NCBI GenBank assembly: GCA_965662845.1 | Contig: CBFIJD010000040.1 | Span: 1 to 25,627 of the forward strand | Reading direction: 5' to 3' | DNA from: an uncultured bacterium | GTDB lineage: Bacteria; SAR324; NAC60-12 | DNA length: 25,627 nt | Shown: positions 23,210 to 25,627 of the stretch, piece after piece | Numbering within the stretch: the stretch's first letter is position 1 | Layout of the letters: the number at the start of each line of letters is the position of its first letter | Made by a program: the position numbers and the translations under genes | The notes under the pieces: generated by a model | Databases searched by the model: none | What the model saw: only the letters and a program-made list of their open reading frames with translations | Told to the model about the DNA's origin: nothing

Positions 23210-25627
23210 ATGCGCATTCAAAGCCTGCGAGTTGCGGGCTTCAAGTCCTTCTGCCACCCCACCTCCTTCCAATTTCGACAAAATGGCATCACGATCATTG
23301 TAGGCCCGAACGGATGCGGCAAATCCAACGTGGTGGACTCTATCCGCTGGGTGCTGGGAGAACAGCGCGCCCGCCAAATGCGCGGCAGCTCGATGGAAGA
23401 CGTGATCTTCGCGGGCAGCTCCTTCCAGAAGCCGCTCGGCATGGCCGAAGTCACCCTCACGTTCACCAACCCCGAAGGCGACACTCTCCCCAAATATAGC
23501 GAATACACCGAAATTGCGATCACGCGCCGCCTCTACCGCTCTGGGGAAAGCCAATATCTGATCAACAAAACCCCCGTGCGGTTGATGGACATCCGCGAGC
23601 TGTTCATGGACACCGGCGTCGGCAGTGGCACCGGCTATTCCATCATCCAGCAAGGTAAGGTCGAAGAGCTCATCAACGCGCGCCCCGAAGAACGCCGCAA
23701 CTTCATTGACGACGCCGCCGGCATCGTCAAATTCCGCTTAAAACGCCAAACCGCCGAAAAACGCCTAGAAGAGACTCGCCAAAATTTGCTGCGGGTTGAC
23801 GATGTGTTGCAAGAGCTGCAACGCCAAGAAGAAGGACTGCGCGATCAAGTCCAGGTTGCTCGCAAATATCTCGCGCTCCGCCAAGAAATTCAGGTTGCCG
23901 AGCATCAGCTGACCCAGCGGCGCTGGTTTCTCGCTCTACAAAAAGAGCAGCAATCCGCGCTCACGCTCCAAGCCTTCGAGCAACAGCAAGAGCAATTGCA
24001 CCATGAGAAGCAGCAGCACGAGACCGAGCTAGCGGCCCTCTCCCTGCAACAAACTCAGCTAGGGCAAGACCTCGCAGAACAGCGCAATCAACTCTTCCAG
24101 CAAGAGCGGGCGATTCAAGACGCCGAGAACCAACAACAACTGGAGACTCAGAACATCCACAACGCGCACGAGCGGACAACCCAGCTGCAAGACGATGCCT
24201 CCAGCTTTGCCAGTATGATCACGGATTTAGATGCTGAGAAACGCGACGAAGAAGCGCAGATCCAACAACTCCAAGAAGAATACGACAGCCAGCAGAGTCT
24301 GTTACGCGACATCGAAGACCACCGCATCGCAGGGAACCAAGCGCTGCAGGCCGAGAGCGAGCAACTGCAAGCGCTGCAACGCCAGCTGCTGCAAGTGCAC
24401 ACCCAGCTCACCAACGCGACCAACCAGCTCAACTTTTTTGAAGAGCGCCTCTCCCAACAACAAGAGCGCCTCTCCCAACTTCGCGCGCAGCAACGCGACG
24501 CCGAAGAGCACTTCCGCGAGGCCCAACAACGACTGAGCCGCTCCAGCGGACGCGCCGATGTCCTCGAACAAGAACAAGTCGAACTCCACGATCAACTAAC
24601 CGAACGGCAGAGCGAGTACGAAGAGCAGAAAGAAGGCGTGCATGTGCAGGAACAACAACTCAAAAACCTGCAATACGACTCTGGGAAAGCCCAATCCCGC
24701 TTGCGCTCTTTAGAAGAGATTCAAAGCAAATATGAGGATTTCAGCGATGGCGTGCAGCAGCTTTTGGAACAACTCCGACAATTCCCCGAAGCGCGCGAAC
24801 AGCTTGGGTTTTGCGGCATTTTCGCAGACTTCACCGAGCTTTTGACCGATCAAACAGACCGCTTGGCGCCTGTGCTCTCTGAACTCTTAGACTGGGTTGT
24901 GCTGCGCTCCATTGAGCAACTTCCCGCCTTTGAAGCCTTTTGTCAGCAGCACGAAATTGGGCGCCTGCAAGTTCTCGCTCTCGATCAGCTGCCGGAGGTC
25001 TCAGGCCCGCGCCCCCAAGGCGAAACCCTCGCGTCGTTCGTCCGGTGCAAGGCACCGCTCACCGAGTGGAGCCAGCGATTTTTCGAGCGCGTCGTGTTGC
25101 TCAACAAAGAACCGCACGCTTGGCACGCTGCGCTCGTTGCGTGGTCGATCAACGCAGGGACCACCGCGTGGGTCTCCCCTCAGGGGAGCTTCTTGCCCCA
25201 CTTTGGCAACGCGCGCCTTGGCCGCCTGAGCGGCGCGTCTTTTGGGTTCCTGCAACGACAACAAGAGATCACCCAACTCCGCCAGCAAACCGAAGAATGG
25301 CAGATTCGCATTCAAGAAGCCGAAGAGGTGTTAGAAGAGTTGCAAGACGCACAACAAGAGCGCGCAATGGAGATTCAAGAGGCCCAAGAGCAGCTGCACG
25401 AGAACCAACTGGAGCTCTCTCGCCTGCAACAAGAGCAAGAGCACAACGAAATGGAGGTGCGACGCGCCGAAGGGTTCCGCACACAACTCGGCAAAGACCT
25501 AGCCCGCATTGCTCAAGAAGAAGGCCGCTTGCGCGAGGAACAACAACAAACGCGCCACAACTTTGAGCACGCCGAACAACAACGCGGACAGCTCGAGACA
25601 CAAGTCGAACAGCAGCAAGAGAAGATT
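23210..25627 (+). CDS. smc: Chromosome segregation protein SMC (3' end outside the window)
   Basis: Hand translation from ATG 23210: MRIQSLRVAGFKSF...IVGPNGCGKSNVVDSIRWVLGEQ...MRGSSMEDVIFAGS...ITRRLYRSGESQYLIN...YSIIQQG, then coiled coil, hinge from about 24730, and a second coil open to the end. Confidence 0.95.
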   Translation, partial: MRIQSLRVAGFKSFCHPTSFQFRQNGITIIVGPNGCGKSNVVDSIRWVLGEQRARQMRGSSMEDVIFAGSSFQKPLGMAEVTLTFTNPEGDTLPKYSEYTEIAITRRLYRSGESQYLINKTPVRLMDIRELFMDTGVGSGTGYSIIQQGKVEELINARPEERRNFIDDAAGIVKFRLKRQTAEKRLEETRQNLLRVDDVLQELQRQEEGLRDQVQVARKYLALRQEIQVAEHQLTQRRWFLALQKEQQSALTLQAFEQQQEQLHHEKQQHETELAALSLQQTQLGQDLAEQRNQLFQQERAIQDAENQQQLETQNIHNAHERTTQLQDDASSFASMITDLDAEKRDEEAQIQQLQEEYDSQQSLLRDIEDHRIAGNQALQAESEQLQALQRQLLQVHTQLTNATNQLNFFEERLSQQQERLSQLRAQQRDAEEHFREAQQRLSRSSGRADVLEQEQVELHDQLTERQSEYEEQKEGVHVQEQQLKNLQYDSGKAQSRLRSLEEIQSKYEDFSDGVQQLLEQLRQFPEAREQLGFCGIFADFTELLTDQTDRLAPVLSELLDWVVLRSIEQLPAFEAFCQQHEIGRLQVLALDQLPEVSGPRPQGETLASFVRCKAPLTEWSQRFFERVVLLNKEPHAWHAALVAWSINAGTTAWVSPQGSFLPHFGNARLGRLSGASFGFLQRQQEITQLRQQTEEWQIRIQEAEEVLEELQDAQQERAMEIQEAQEQLHENQLELSRLQQEQEHNEMEVRRAEGFRTQLGKDLARIAQEEGRLREEQQQTRHNFEHAEQQRGQLETQVEQQQEKI
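24441..24479 (+). repeat. 18-bp direct repeat with 21-bp period inside the smc coiled coil
   Basis: AAGAGCGCCTCTCCCAAC at 24441-24458 and 24462-24479. Confidence 0.85.

Noticed and set aside
1..25627. CRISPR array, tRNA, rRNA
   Set aside because: No spaced repeats, cloverleaf motifs or rRNA signatures seen; intergenic gaps are short.

Overview
A moderately GC-rich bacterial chromosomal segment with about 22 protein genes. I saw no rRNA, tRNA, CRISPR array or complete mobile element. Left part (+ strand unless noted): a small lipoprotein, a 4x helix-turn-helix protein, a 93-aa hypothetical (-), and a putative sigma-54-driven block of spermidine-synthase-like methyltransferase, DapF-family epimerase and short-chain polyprenyl diphosphate synthase. 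Middle part (- strand, tightly packed): PdxA-family dehydrogenase, metallo-beta-lactamase + 2x cNMP-binding-like fusion, translationally coupled tyrosine recombinase, 3-TM membrane protein, and an AddA-type helicase-nuclease with no addB beside it. Right part (+ strand): pteridine-reductase-like SDR, an acidic 109-aa protein, gyrA, two exported AMIN-like/LytR_C-like proteins, a 34-aa membrane micro-ORF missing from the ORF track, a small membrane protein, a CinA-like protein, an ABC-F ATPase, an orphan receiver domain, a coiled-coil hypothetical, and smc (runs off the end, absent from the ORF track). Most notable: (1) the DapF homologue has Ser instead of Cys at both catalytic positions and is coupled to an archaeal-type GGPP-synthase-like gene; (2) the MBL-cNMP / recombinase / 3-TM / AddA cassette; (3) unannotated micro-ORFs and regulatory signals at about 1.4-1.8 kb and 19.05-19.23 kb. 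All family calls come from motif recognition by eye, not database searches.
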